From: Heterodontus francisci | Lineage: Eukaryota | Length of the DNA stretch: 64,000 bases | NCBI RefSeq assembly: GCF_036365525.1 | Contig: NC_090401.1 | Location: forward strand, 53,578,868-53,642,867 | Reading direction: 5' to 3' | Shown here: positions 36,484 to 48,339 of the stretch, piece after piece | Position numbering within the stretch: position 1 is the first letter of the stretch | Layout: each line of letters begins with the position of its first letter | The notes under the pieces: generated by a model | What the model saw: only the letters and a program-made list of their open reading frames with translations | Database searches by the model: none | What the model was told of the DNA's origin: nothing | Made by a program: the position numbers and the translations under genes

Positions 36484-36710
36484 AAGGCTTTTGAATTGGA
36501 ATCATTGGTGGACAGGGAACCAGCTGAGGTCAGCAAGGAGAGGGATGATGGGTGAGTAGGACTTAGTGAGTGACACGGTACAAGAAGAACATTAGAGTGG
36601 CTTCACTTCTGAATAGCAAAAACGTAGAATCTTGTGGCTGTGGGCTACAAGCATCACAGCATGTGGACAGAATGCAATATTCTAATAGACATCTTTTAAC
36701 TTTCTACCAG

Positions 36711-36844
36711 GTTCTCCTATAGGAGTAATGTTTATTGCCCCTGGCATTTCTCCATGGAAAACAACACTACCTGGTGTGGAGAATGGGGCTATCAACCCAG
36801 GGATTCGGATATTTGAGTATGATACAAATACATTGAAAATCCAG
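36711..36844 (+). CDS. SMPDL3B: SMPDL3B exon 7 (absent from the ORF track)
   Basis: ctaccag|GT...CAG|gtaaga; 134 nt; SPIGVMFIAPGISPWKTTLPGVENGAINPGIRIFEYDTNTLKIQ. Confidence 0.97.
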
Positions 36845-37209
36845 GTAAGAGGGATACATGCTTGATACAGTAAATATGCCATAATCATGTTGATACACTT
36901 AAGATGCTTCCTGCTTCTGATGTCACACTTTCAACTACCAAGTATTTTAGACCAGTAGGTCCCAACTTTGATTCTTTGTCTATGCGGAGTCAACTGGAAT
37001 GCCAGCTGAAATGTTACAATTGACCTCCGCATCCTCGGTTAGGGAGGGTGAAATAATTAGCTAGGAGTCTCTGCTCCTGAATGCTGTCAAATGATTGTTG
37101 GCGCATGATTGGTGTCAATGTGGAATTCCTTTTGAGGAATAGCACACCTATACTCACATGGAGAATGGCCACTTGAGCAAAATATTGAATAGCTATCAGC
37201 AGATGTGGA

Positions 37210-37455
37210 ACCGGGTGCTCCGGTTTCCTCCCACATGCCAAAGACTTGCAGGTTGATAGGTAAATTGGCCAGTAGCAATTGCCCCTAGTATAGGTAGGTG
37301 GTAGGGAAATATAGGGATAGGTGGGGATGTGGTAGGAATATGGAATTAGTGTAGGATTAGTATAAATGGGTGGTTGATGGTCGGCACAGACTCAGTGGGC
37401 CGAAGGGCCTGTTTCAGTGCTGTATCTCTAAAATTAACTAAACTAAACTCAACTA
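37210..37455 (+). mobile_element. 5'-truncated HE1-like SINE
   Basis: Near-identical to the 3' two-thirds of 5555-5909. Confidence 0.88.
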
Positions 37456-37595
37456 ATGCCTTCAGGAGAGAGGAAAAGGGAATGGCTGCTTTATACAACA
37501 GGGATACACCATTTGGGCATCACATGCCCAGATATTTACTGAGCCTTGTCCACACTTCGGGGTAAACTCTGCCCATGTGTAGTTAGTCTCCTATA

Positions 37596-37803
37596 ATAAA
37601 AGCAAAATACTGCGGATGCTGGAAATCTGAAATAAAAACAAAATGCTGGAAATACTCAGCAGGTCTGGCAGCATCTGTGGAGAGAGAAACAGAGTTAACG
37701 TTTCTACTGTTTCTCTCTGCACAGATGCTGCCAGACCTGCTGAGCATTTCCAACACTTTGTTTTAATTTTAGATTTCTAGCATCTGCAGTATTTTGCTTT
37801 TAT
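37596..37803. mobile_element. Fold-back (head-to-head) Penelope-derived element
   Basis: ataaaagcaaaatactgcggatgctggaaat...atttctagcatctgcagtattttgcttttat; ~95-bp imperfect arms. Confidence 0.75.
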
Positions 37804-39444
37804 GTAATTATTTAATGTTTGATTTTCTTTTCCAATCAGAGGTGGTTTCATCCTAAACAGGAAATAAACTACTTTGAATAAAGCAAATTATTCCTCCATT
37901 CCATGTGTTACTATTGTACTTTACAATCATTTTTTAAAATTCCATCATGAGGATGTGGGCATTGCCCATCCCTAACTGCCTTTGAATTGAGTGGCTTGCT
38001 AGGCCATTTCAGAGGGCATTTAAGAGTCAACCGCATTGCTATGAGTCTGGAGTCACATATAGGCCAGACCAGGTAAGTACGGCAGATTTCCTTCCCTAAA
38101 GGACATTAGTGAACCAGATGGGTTTTTACAATGATCAATGGCACCATTACTGAGACTAGCTTTCAATTCCAGACCTTTTACCAATAAATGGAATTTATTA
38201 ATTAAATTTAAATTTCACCAGCTGCCGTGGTGGGATTTGAACCAGTGTCCCCAGGGCCTTTGCCTGGGCCTCTGGATTACTAGTCCAGTGACATTACCAC
38301 TGCACCACCATCTTCCCCCCCTCACCCTTACTGACCGGGAAGTAGGTTGGATTTCTAAAACTAAATGTAGAAAAATGCCTAATTTTGACCCATATAAAGA
38401 ATTTGGGGAAGCACGTGCTTCAAGACAATGGATTCAACTTTTGTTCCTGTGACCCTGTTGTGATATGCAGAGTTTGAAAGAGTGGACTCCTCTCTTTACT
38501 ACTTTATTTGTTTTTAATGGAACAGCTCATTGGCATGGAATGCATGGGGTTGGATTTAGCAGTCAGTAGTGAAGCAAGGACGCTGGCCATTCAACTCTTA
38601 GAAAGTTGCACTGATTTCTTGCCTTCTCTGTGGTGAGAACTTTAACTCTCTCACCATGTAATTGATTATAGCATTGTTTTAAAGAGAATTCCCAGGGTTG
38701 AGCTGCAGTGATGTCATCAAACCATCAAAGCAGCCAATCACATTAAAGAATTCAACCAGCAAGACAGCCAACCAGGAAATGAAAAGCACTAATAATCAAA
38801 TTACTTCTTAAATTTTACACAGAATAACGGTTGGGACATACACATGGGATGAAGGTAGAAGCTGAAATATCATGAAAAACTTTAAATGCATTTTGATTTT
38901 TTAAAAAAATCTAGTAATTAATTAATCCTAATGGAGGCATTGAACAACACCCCACACATTTTTTCAGGGCCAGATAGATTGTTCAGCAGTAGTTATTGCT
39001 CAGATCACCATTTAAGAATCCAGTTACAACCCATTGAACAAGGCTTAACTTTTTATGGAGTTATTTCCTAACAGTGACACGAGAGCAGGAAAGAGGAAGT
39101 TCTCACCAGATCAATTGATTTCACTGATTTCAAGCTCTCAGGGCAGGGTGGGAGGTGGGGGGGGGGGGGGGGGGGGGTTCAAAGCACAGCCTGTGGACAG
39201 ACTGCAACTTCAGGAATTCTGCTTTCATCTGCACTTGCACTATATCCTGAAGTTGCAGTCAGATTCAGAGGGGTAATGACAGTGAATGCAGATCGCTGTC
39301 AAAAACCCCACAAATTCTGGACCAATGTCAACATTTTAATTATTTAATTGCATATTTAAGCACTCACTGTATTATGGCCTGTTACTCATCAATAATTCAC
39401 ACTTTGATTCATCACAACCATAATAACTTCTGACTTTTGTCTAG

Positions 39445-39810
39445 GATATGGTGACGTACTACTTCAATTTAAGCTATGCCAACACAATGGATCCCCAGTG
39501 GCAATTGGAGTACCGTTTAACAGAGGCATTCAATGTTCCAGATGGTGCAGTTCAATCTATGCAAGTAGCACTGGATAGGTTATCCAATAATAACTACTAC
39601 CTGCAGAAATATTATAAATATAATTCTGTAAACTACGATTTAACTGAATGTGACACGAACTGCAGAATTGATCAGATTTGTGCAATCAAAGAAGTTGATT
39701 TTGTTAAGTATGACGAGTGTGTACAAAGAGAGAGCTCTTCTTCCACTGTTATTGCACAAAAGCTTGTTATTTCCGCTCTGCTGCTTTCCGTCCTGTTCCT
39801 TCAAATCTGA
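39445..39810 (+). CDS. SMPDL3B: SMPDL3B exon 8 to stop; GPI-anchor-like C-terminus; total CDS 1365 nt (454 aa)
   Basis: ttgtctag|GAT ATG...TGA; DMVTYYFNLS...WQLEYRLTEAF...CDTNCRIDQICAI...SSSSTVIAQKLVISALLLSVLFLQI. The hydrophobic tail and synteny favour 3B over secreted 3A. Confidence 0.96.
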   Translation, partial: DMVTYYFNLSYANTMDPQWQLEYRLTEAFNVPDGAVQSMQVALDRLSNNNYYLQKYYKYNSVNYDLTECDTNCRIDQICAIKEVDFVKYDECVQRESSSSTVIAQKLVISALLLSVLFLQI

Positions 39811-41059
39811 CATACACCACCAGCTCCATGTAATTGTGCCAAAGTACGAGGATCATAGACATCATTTAATGGACAATCTGAAAGTGACAATAATTGTATT
39901 TCAAAATCCATGTGTACTTTATTCAATATGACTTAATCTAGCTTGGGTTCTTGTTAAGCTAAAACAGAATAATCCATTTAGTCCTTTGACTTTTGTTTGT
40001 GTGTGATCATGTACTTAAAGGTTATTGAGAAGAAAGAAGAAATGCAACTATAAAGCAACTATGGCAGCCAGTCAGTGTAGAAAATTAACTTCATGGACAC
40101 TGCTTTTGGAAATAACCAATTTCATGGCATGACTGAAATGAAGTCGTAGGGCTGGAGTTTGTGGCGCCAGCGGGGCTTGCGGTGCTGGGCCAAAAAGGTG
40201 GGGTGAACCACGCCTCGGCCTTTCTGAGACCCCCTCCCTCCCACAACCCCAGTAAGATCTTTCGTTGTTCCAGCACTTCAGGATCTCCGTCCCTTTAAAG
40301 ACAGGGATCCCGCCTCCAAGAGCTGCAGTCAATCACAGGGCTGGCAGCTCAGCAGTATCGGCAGCGTCACTGGGAGTGGTGGCTACTGCTGGTTCTGCAG
40401 AGGCCTCTGACTCAGGCCCAGCGTTGGAACCAGGACCTCAATAATGAGGTGGGTTCGCCGAGGCCAATCTGGAAGGCCCTGGTGGGGAGGGGTGAGAGGG
40501 TGGTCATGTAGGGGAGGGGGCCCAGGGAGGTGGAGCTTTAGCTGGCGGGTGTCCTCCGTGGGCCACTGATTTCCCACTGAACAGGGCCCTCACCCCGCCA
40601 AACCCGCAGGGAGGGCGCCTCATATTTCAAGGTGACCTCCCCGCATGGCAGAATTAACCTGGGATTTAACCAGTGGCCGGGGACGGTGGGGGGCGCAGGG
40701 GAGGGAGAGACTAAGTGGCTGTTAATAGGCCACTTAAGGGCCTCAATTGGCCTCTGGGCAGGATGGCTGTTGTAGGCCCATCCCTCCCCTGACAAAATCG
40801 CTTGGCAACAGGGAGGCATTGGGCCATCAACCCCCACCTCCTCCACATGGAGGCTAAGTCATACTATTCAAGGCAATACTGAAGCTATCTTGTGGTCAAG
40901 CAAGGGTATGACCAGTGAGGCAAAAGGGGACAAAATGGACATTAGCTTAAAGGATTTCAGCAAAAGAAGGGCCAGGTTGCCAAAAGACCTGGTCAAAATT
41001 GGCAAACTTATCCTCCTATTGATACATAAGAAATAGGAGCAGGAATAGGGTATATTCTT

Positions 41060-41184
41060 CCGAACTTCTTCCGAAGAAGGGTCACTGACCCGAAACGTTA
41101 ACTCTGCTTCTCTTTTCACAGATGCTGCCAGACCTGCTGAGTGGTTCCAGCATTTCTTGTGTTTATTTCAGATTTCCAGCATCC
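41060..41184 (+). mobile_element. Penelope-derived element with a variant hammerhead core, in the putative SMPDL3B 3' UTR
   Basis: CCGAAGA-a-gggtc(act)gaccc-GAAAC-GTT-aac followed by the shared body. Confidence 0.7.
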
Positions 41185-41455
41185 GCAGTATTTTGCTTTT
41201 ATTTATGTGTAAGAATCAGTTGAGATCAGGTTCAAACATAAGCACCCAGATGTGGCTCCAGTGTTTTAGCTACAAGTAGGATGTGGTGATTTTGTTTTTA
41301 TTTGATTAAAGCTCCTCGGATTATTCTGGACAGATTATCAAGTGCCTGAATTGCTACACACGTTACACTTGAAACTGGCTGGAATTCGCTTAACTGAAGT
41401 TTTTTTTAAACGTGCACAGAATGTTAACATGAAAACAAATTGTATTCTTCTGTTT

Positions 41456-41461
41456 AATAAA
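41456..41461 (+). terminator. Candidate SMPDL3B polyadenylation signal
   Basis: AATAAA followed by T/GT-rich tracts at about 41495-41525. Confidence 0.5.
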
Positions 41462-41727
41462 TAGTACATTATTGATTTAAAAAGACATCAGTCAATTTTG
41501 ATTTGTTTTTTCTACAGTTTTGTTAAACAGAAAATGTTTAACAGGTCTATTTATAGAAACCTTTAAAATTAATTTTTTTTACTAATTTCCAAAACTATAT
41601 TCAGATTTTATTTTATTTAGGGTTAAACAGTTAAACCTGTTTTTTTTTAAAAAAAGATGAATTCTCACAGTTCTTACAAAATCCCGAGAAGAGTCTGTGT
41701 AGTATTAATGATGTTAAATGGCCTCCT

Positions 41728-43360
41728 CCTGAAGTCCCCAGTATCACAGATGCCAGTCTTCAGCCAATTCGATTTACTCTGCGTGATATCAGGAAACGAC
41801 TGAAGGCACTGGATGCTGCAGAGGCTATGGGCCCTGACAATATTCTGGCAATAGTACTGAAGACCTGTGCTCCAGAACCTGCTGCGCCCCTAGCCAAGCT
41901 GTTCCTGCATTGCTACAACACTAGCATCTACCCGGCATTGTGAAAAATTGCCCAGGTATGTCCTGTACACAAAAAGCAGGACAAGTCCAACCCAGCCAAT
42001 TACCACCCCATCAGTCTACCCTCGATCATCCGTAAAGTGAAGAAAGGTGTCATCAACAGTGCAATCAAGCGGCACATGCTTAGCAATAATCTCCTCAGTG
42101 ACGCTCAGTTTGGGTTCCGTCAGGACCACTCAGCTCCTGACCTCATTACAGCCTTGGTTCAAACATGGACCAAAGAGCTGAATTCTAGAGGTGGGATGAG
42201 AGTGACTGCCCTTGACATCAAGGCAGCATTTGACCGAGTAGGCATCAAGGGGCCTTGTAAACATGAAGTCAATGGGAATCAGGGGGAAAACTCTCAGCTG
42301 GTTGGAGTCATACCTAGCACAAAGGAAGATGGTTGTGGTTGTTGGAGGTCGATCATCTGAGCTCCAGGACACTGCAGGAGTTCTTCAGGGTATTGTCCTA
42401 GGCCCAACCATCTTCAGCTGCTTCATCAATGACCTTCCTTCAAACATAAGGTCAGAAGTGGGGATGTTCGCTGATGATCGCACAATGTTCAGCACCATTT
42501 GTGACTCCTCAGATGCTGAAGCAGTCCGTGTAGAAATGCAGCAAGACCTAGATAATATCCAGGCTTGGGCTGATAAGTGGCAAGTAACATTCGTGCCACA
42601 CAAGTGCCAGGCAATGACCATCTCCAACAAGAGAGGATCTAACCATCTCCCCTTGACGTTCAATGGCATTACCATCGCTGAATCCCCCACTATCAACATC
42701 CTGGGGGTTACCATGGACCAGAAACTGAACTGGAGTAGCCATATAAATACCGTGGCTACAAGAGCAGGTCAGAGACTAGGAATCCTGTGGCGAGTAACTC
42801 ACCTCCTGACTCCCCAAAACCTGTCCACCATCTACAAGGCACAAGTCAGGAGTGTGATGGAATACTCTCCACTTGCCTGGATGGGTGCAGCTCCAACAAC
42901 ATTCAAGAAGCTCGACACTATCCAGGACAAAGCAGCCCGTTTGATTGGCACCCCATCCACAAACATTCACTCCCTCCACCACCGACATAGTGGCAGCAGT
43001 GTGTACCATCTACAAGATGCACTGCAGCAACGCACCAAAGCTCCTTAGGCAGCACCTTCCAAACCCGTGACCTCTACCACCTCGAAGAACAAGGGCAGCA
43101 AATGCATGGGAACACCACCACCTGCAAGTTCCCCTCCAAGCCACACACCATTCTGACTTGGAACTATATCGCCGTTTCTTTACTGTTGCTGGGTCAAAAT
43201 CCTGGAACTCCTTTCCTAACAGCGCTGTGGGTGCACCTATCCCAAATGGACTGCAGTGATTCAAGAAGGCAGCTCACTACCATCTTTTCAAGGGCAATTA
43301 GGGATGGGCAATAAATGCTGGCCTAGCCAGCAATGCCCACATCCCATGAATGAATGGAAA
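41728..43360 (+). mobile_element. 5'-truncated LINE of a second CR1-group family (RT plus 3' UTR)
   Basis: ALDIKAAFDRV, GVLQGIVLGP, MFADD, IYKAQVRSVMEY; tail ...cacatcccatgaatgaat; other pieces at 20110-20582 (+), 45050-45660 (-) and 61880-62580 (+). Confidence 0.92.
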
Positions 43361-44089
43361 AAAACGCACTTGGTTTAAAGACACATGTAAGCAACATGTG
43401 CAATGGCATCATTAACATGCGGTTTGCAGATCTAGGACTCAACTTCAGCACCAAATTGTATAAGGGACGTAATTTAAGGTGAACTCCTTAAGTACTTAGA
43501 GGAGTTTGAGAGAGAGATTAATGCTGCCTCATATCTACCACAACTAACCTATGGTGCCAAAAAGAAAACGAAGGTGATATTCAAAGTGGCCTCATGTCAA
43601 AATTTAATAGGCTTACACACAAAATAGACAACAGTCTGATTACTGCGACCAAAGCAACTGATTGATATCCATGATAAGCAAGGTGAGAGCATCTTTGCTT
43701 TATAATAGAAATGGAACAAGAAATGTAATCAAGCATGCCTCAAAATCTCTTCTTAGGATACGGATGGTTCTGGCAAGGTTGCATTTATTGCTGAGCCCTA
43801 AATTGCCCAGAGAAACTGGTCACAGACTTTCTCCTTGAATTACTGCAGTCTTCGTGGGCAATGTTAGGACAGGAGAGAGATGACAGGGATGCCCCCTCCC
43901 CCTTTTCTCACCTCTCAGCTGACTGAAGACAGTGTGTTTTTGAAAAGTGTTTTTTACCCCTGCGTGCTTTATTTGTCACTAACAGACTAATGACAGGTTT
44001 TCTCATAAGTTTTAAATGAAAGATAAATGTTAATTGTATAACACCCGAAATATATGCCACTACGCAGACCCTCTCATAATAAAGTAACT

Positions 44090-44530
44090 GGGATGCTGGA
44101 GGGCATGTCTTACGAAGAAAGGTTGAGGGAGCTAGGGCTTTTCTCATTGGAGCGAAGAAGGATGAGAGGTGACTTGATAGAGGGGTACAAGATGATGAGA
44201 GGCATAGATAGAGTGGATAGCCAGAGACTTTTTCCCAGGGTGGAAAGGGCTATCACCAGGGGGCATAATTTTAAGGTGATTGGAGGAAAGTTTTCGGGGA
44301 GATGTCAGAGGTAGGTTCTTTACACAGAGAGTGGTGGGTGCGTGAAATGCACTGCCAGCGGTGGTAGTAGAAGCAGATACATTAGGGACATTTAAGCGAC
44401 TCTTGGATAGGTATATGGATGATAGTAGAATGAAGGGTATGTAGGTAGTTTGATCTTAGAGTAGGTTAAAGGTTCGGCACAACATCGTGGGCCGAAGGGC
44501 CTGTACTGTGCTGTACTGTTCTATGTTCTA
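44090..44530 (+). mobile_element. CR1 3' fragment
   Basis: SYEERLRELGLFSLERRRMRGDLIE; tail ttctatgttcta. Confidence 0.9.
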
Positions 44531-44637
44531 GTATTGTTAACCCAATCAGTTAGAGAAATGCAGCCATTACCACAGAAAAGGTCATTTGCATTTTAATGAC
44601 TTCTCAAAGACTTGTCCAGAAATGAAGATTAGTTCAT

Positions 44638-46031
44638 GTCATCAAAAGTGACATTAAGGAACATTAAGTGACATTATTCACCCATAAAATGCCAATTCTC
44701 GGGTTGGGTTCTTCCAGACCGCATAACATAGACACAAGAGCTGAAAGCCTGAGGAGAAGCATGAGTGGCTACCCTAGTCATCAAGGTAGCTTTCAACTAA
44801 ATATGGCATCTAGGAGCTCTAGCAAAACTAAGCTCAGTGAAGGACAATGATCTTCTCAGTGATGGAGGAGTGAAGGATGTGCTACACCATGAGGTTACAG
44901 CCTATGGTGCTAATATTGACAGGAAGGAATAGGTCACCTGACCTCTCGACTCCATTTTGTTTTACAGGAAATGTGTCCCGTTTTGGGTTTATTTCAAAAG
45001 TTCATTTTGTAGTTGATAAGTTTGTATTTCATGAGTGTGACAGCAAGGTGCTCCTACAATGGTATTAGATGGGTAATTCCAGAATATTGACCCGGTGATG
45101 TTTAAGGATCTGCAATTTACATCCTGCTCAGGATGGTACACGGCTTGGAGGTGAATGTATTCCCATGACATTGCTTCTCTTGTCCTTCTCAGTGATAGAG
45201 GCTACAGGGGAAGGAGTAGCTGTTGAAGTAATCTTAGTAAGTTACTGTGTCCTCTATATCATTTATATATTGGTGCCGGAGTGCACTGGTTGGTGATGGA
45301 GTGAGTGGATATTGTGTTCAGTGGCACTATTAAGCTAATTGTGCTGTCTTTGGATATTGAATGTCACTGCAGATGGTCCAGTTTTTAATGGGTCAGGTGG
45401 GGAGCCAAAGTACCTAGTCTCTGTCCTGTTCCTGTGTATACATCTGGTCCAGTTAAACTTCTGGTCAATGATCATCCCAAGATGTTGATGATGGAGAACT
45501 CACTGATAGTGATGCTGTTGAAGGTTAGGGACAGATGGTTGGGCTTTGTCTAGTTTGGTATGTTCATTACCAGCTTGTTAATCCAAATCTGAATGCTGTA
45601 GGCTGCCATAGGCTGCTTCCTTACTGAAGTTGTGCATGGAACTAAATACCATGTAATAATTAAGAAACTGGTCCATCCCTAAAAATAAAACAGGCTAACT
45701 CTAATGTGGCCAGTTACCACCCAATCAGCCACCTCCCCATGTGATAGAAGGAGTCACCAAAAGTGACATTGAGGAACATCTATTCACCAATAACCTGCCG
45801 ATTCTTGGGTTGGGTTCCTCCAGAACTTCTTTGCTCCAGACCGCATAACATAGGCACAAGAACTGAAAGCCTGAGGAGAAGCGAGAGTAGCTACCCTAGC
45901 CATCAAGGTAGCTTTCAGCTAAGTATGGCATCTAGGAGCTCTAGCAAAACTAAACTCAGTGAAGGACAATGATCTTCTCAGTGATGGAGGAGTGAGGGAT
46001 GTGCTGAACCACGAGGTTACAGCCTATGGTG
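44638..46031 (+). repeat. Dispersed direct duplication (copies 44638-44909 and 45753-46031)
   Basis: Ungapped 197-nt cores (44713-44909 and 45835-46031) differ at 13 positions by hand count (~93% identity). Confidence 0.92.
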
Positions 46032-46801
46032 ATATACAATTTTACTGGCCAAATATGGGCTGCATGGCGATATATCCAGTACAAACCTTCTGAAATGGTA
46101 GATGTTTGGGAACAAAATGTACGAATGAAGCATATCTGAAAAGCCTTGATAATGACTACAGCTCTTATTAACAAAATGCACGGACTGCATACAATGATCA
46201 CAATATACAATTCATAGAAAATATAAAAAAGTAAATCTTAGCATTGATATTTGAAAAGCTTTAAAAACATTTATGCTTCAAGGTTGTCATGTGTTATTTT
46301 AACCACAGATGTTGTCAGTTAACATAACCCACTTACCAACACTGTACTTTCCTGTTGAAACTAGTTTGACAAGGAAGCTTGTATTGTATTGGAGCACATT
46401 TATACCCTTTTATGATACTCAAAATAAAAACTGATTTTTCTTCGATTTTCTCTGGGTTTTTGGGGTCTAGCTTTTTCCCTGCTATTGATGCTAAAATGAT
46501 ACACCCCAACAAAAAAAGATTTTAATAGCAATAAAACTGACTTTAAAATATCCTTAAATATAAACACCCAGGAGCCAAATTCCAGATGTAGTTTCATCCC
46601 ACTGTCAGCAGTTACAGGAGCATTGCTACATGAAGACGTTACTTCCCCTTTTATCTTTGCTAACTATAGCTTTTTAAAAAAAATCTCACTTGTCAAGAGA
46701 AAAACAGACCCCTCATTGCACACCTGAGGGGTTTTGGTTAGGTAGAAGCCCAATTTTCGCTCAGCTGACATCAGTGACAAGCTCAGACGGCTAATGCCAG
46801 T

Positions 46802-47838
46802 TGTCATGAACACAAGCTACGCAGAGTGATGATTTTTTTAATCTATCGGCGGGAAACCTGAATTAAAATTAAAAACAAACTGCTAGCAGCTAAAATGGCC
46901 ACTGAAATTTGCATTAAAATCTCTTACATTCCAATGCTTCGAGAGGGAGTCAAATTGTCTGGCCTGTCACCTCCAGAACAATGACGTGGGAAGTTTGGAG
47001 TGCATCACCTGGCCAGTCCCCATTAACAAGACATTTAAAGGCAAATACTTGGGACATTATACTGGTGGAGATGAACCATTCAAAGGTAATCACTTGGACA
47101 ATTGAACCCTGATTGAGAGAAGGGAATTCCTAAACATGAACTAATTAAGTTGTAAGAGGAAATACACACAGCCATCATGTGACAAGCCCCACGATCTGTG
47201 TGTTTTAAGCTGAGTTTTCTCTCTCTGCAGCAGACAAGCAACTGGACTGGTCAGAGGAGACCCAAGTGGGGTCCCTCTCTCTCTCTCTCCAGTCCACCTT
47301 ATAAGCTTTGAACTCTGCCTGCTGGCTGTAACCACCCAAGCCTATTATTGCTGCAGACATAGACCCCAGGAAGGAAACCATCTTCACCGCTGTTCTTCAG
47401 GAAAACCCTGAAGCTGTTATCCACATCTGCAAGCCAGAAGCCTCAGGACCATAGAGTTTATCCGGAAGCCAACAGAGCCACCAACCTCCACAGACTGTAT
47501 ACTCATTGTTATTGCTCTGGACTCTAATCCAACCAATCTATCCTCTGTAACTTATTTGTGTGTGTATGTGAACCTCGAGTGTGTGTGTGTGAAAGTTGGA
47601 ACATAGTTTATTATTTTACTTAGATTAGTTTAAGTACAATAAAGCTAACCTCTTTCTTTGTTAAACTCAAGAAAACCTGCCCGATTGATTCTTTTATGAT
47701 CAAAGCACGTAAATAGTGAAACACTCACTGAATTGGCAAATACATTCACTTTAAAAAGAGAAATAAGCCCTGTTGCAGTCAAACAAGGAGAAGGACAAGA
47801 GTGGAGCCCTTCGACCCCCTCCTCATCTGATCATAACA
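46802..47838 (+). mobile_element. Solo LTR (1037 bp)
   Basis: TGTCATGA...TCATAACA termini; 4-bp TSD cagt at 46798-46801 and 47839-47842; TATA-like ttataag near 47299; AATAAA at 47638. Confidence 0.85.
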
Positions 47839-48339
47839 CAGTGAACTGGAAACTCCTTGTCTGTGCTGAGTTAGGGCAGGGGTAGGGGCTACTACAATTA
47901 ACCTCAGTGCCCCTGGGTTGAGAAGGGAAAAATAAGCGAAAGCTCCCGATTGTCATCCAATTAAGTCAGCTGAAAAGCACATGTGCAGATATTGGGAGAG
48001 GGCAACCTGTGATACTTTGGGCAGTGGAAGAGCCTACAAAGGCTTGCCACCTTGGCTCACATGAAGAATGGCCATTATGGTGAAATATTGGAGGGTTGCC
48101 AGTACCTATGGAACTGTACTCTAGCATGAGCAGGCTTCAGGAGAGAAGGCGGGTAGGGGAAGGGGAATTGCTGGATCTTCCACATAAATAAGTCCCTGTG
48201 CACTGAAGACAGAGGAGCATCTTAAAACAGAACTGTCAACATCAGGGAAAGACGAGGGGCAGAATTTATAATTCAAAAAGTGTGATTGATGGCCAACAAA
48301 TTTAACAATTTGACAACAGGGGTGACATTCCTCCTTTCA

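Noticed and set aside
39157-39177. Long G/C homopolymers (also near 32794, 36100 and 49454)
   Set aside because: Simple mononucleotide runs with unreliable length and no further structure
44755-44800. SECIS, hammerhead or known snRNA/snoRNA identity for the duplicated unit
   Set aside because: No GA quartet closing the stem, AUGA missing in copy 2, CTGAGGA not followed by stem II and GAAA, and no recognisable match to U-snRNAs, U3, U8, MRP or TERC
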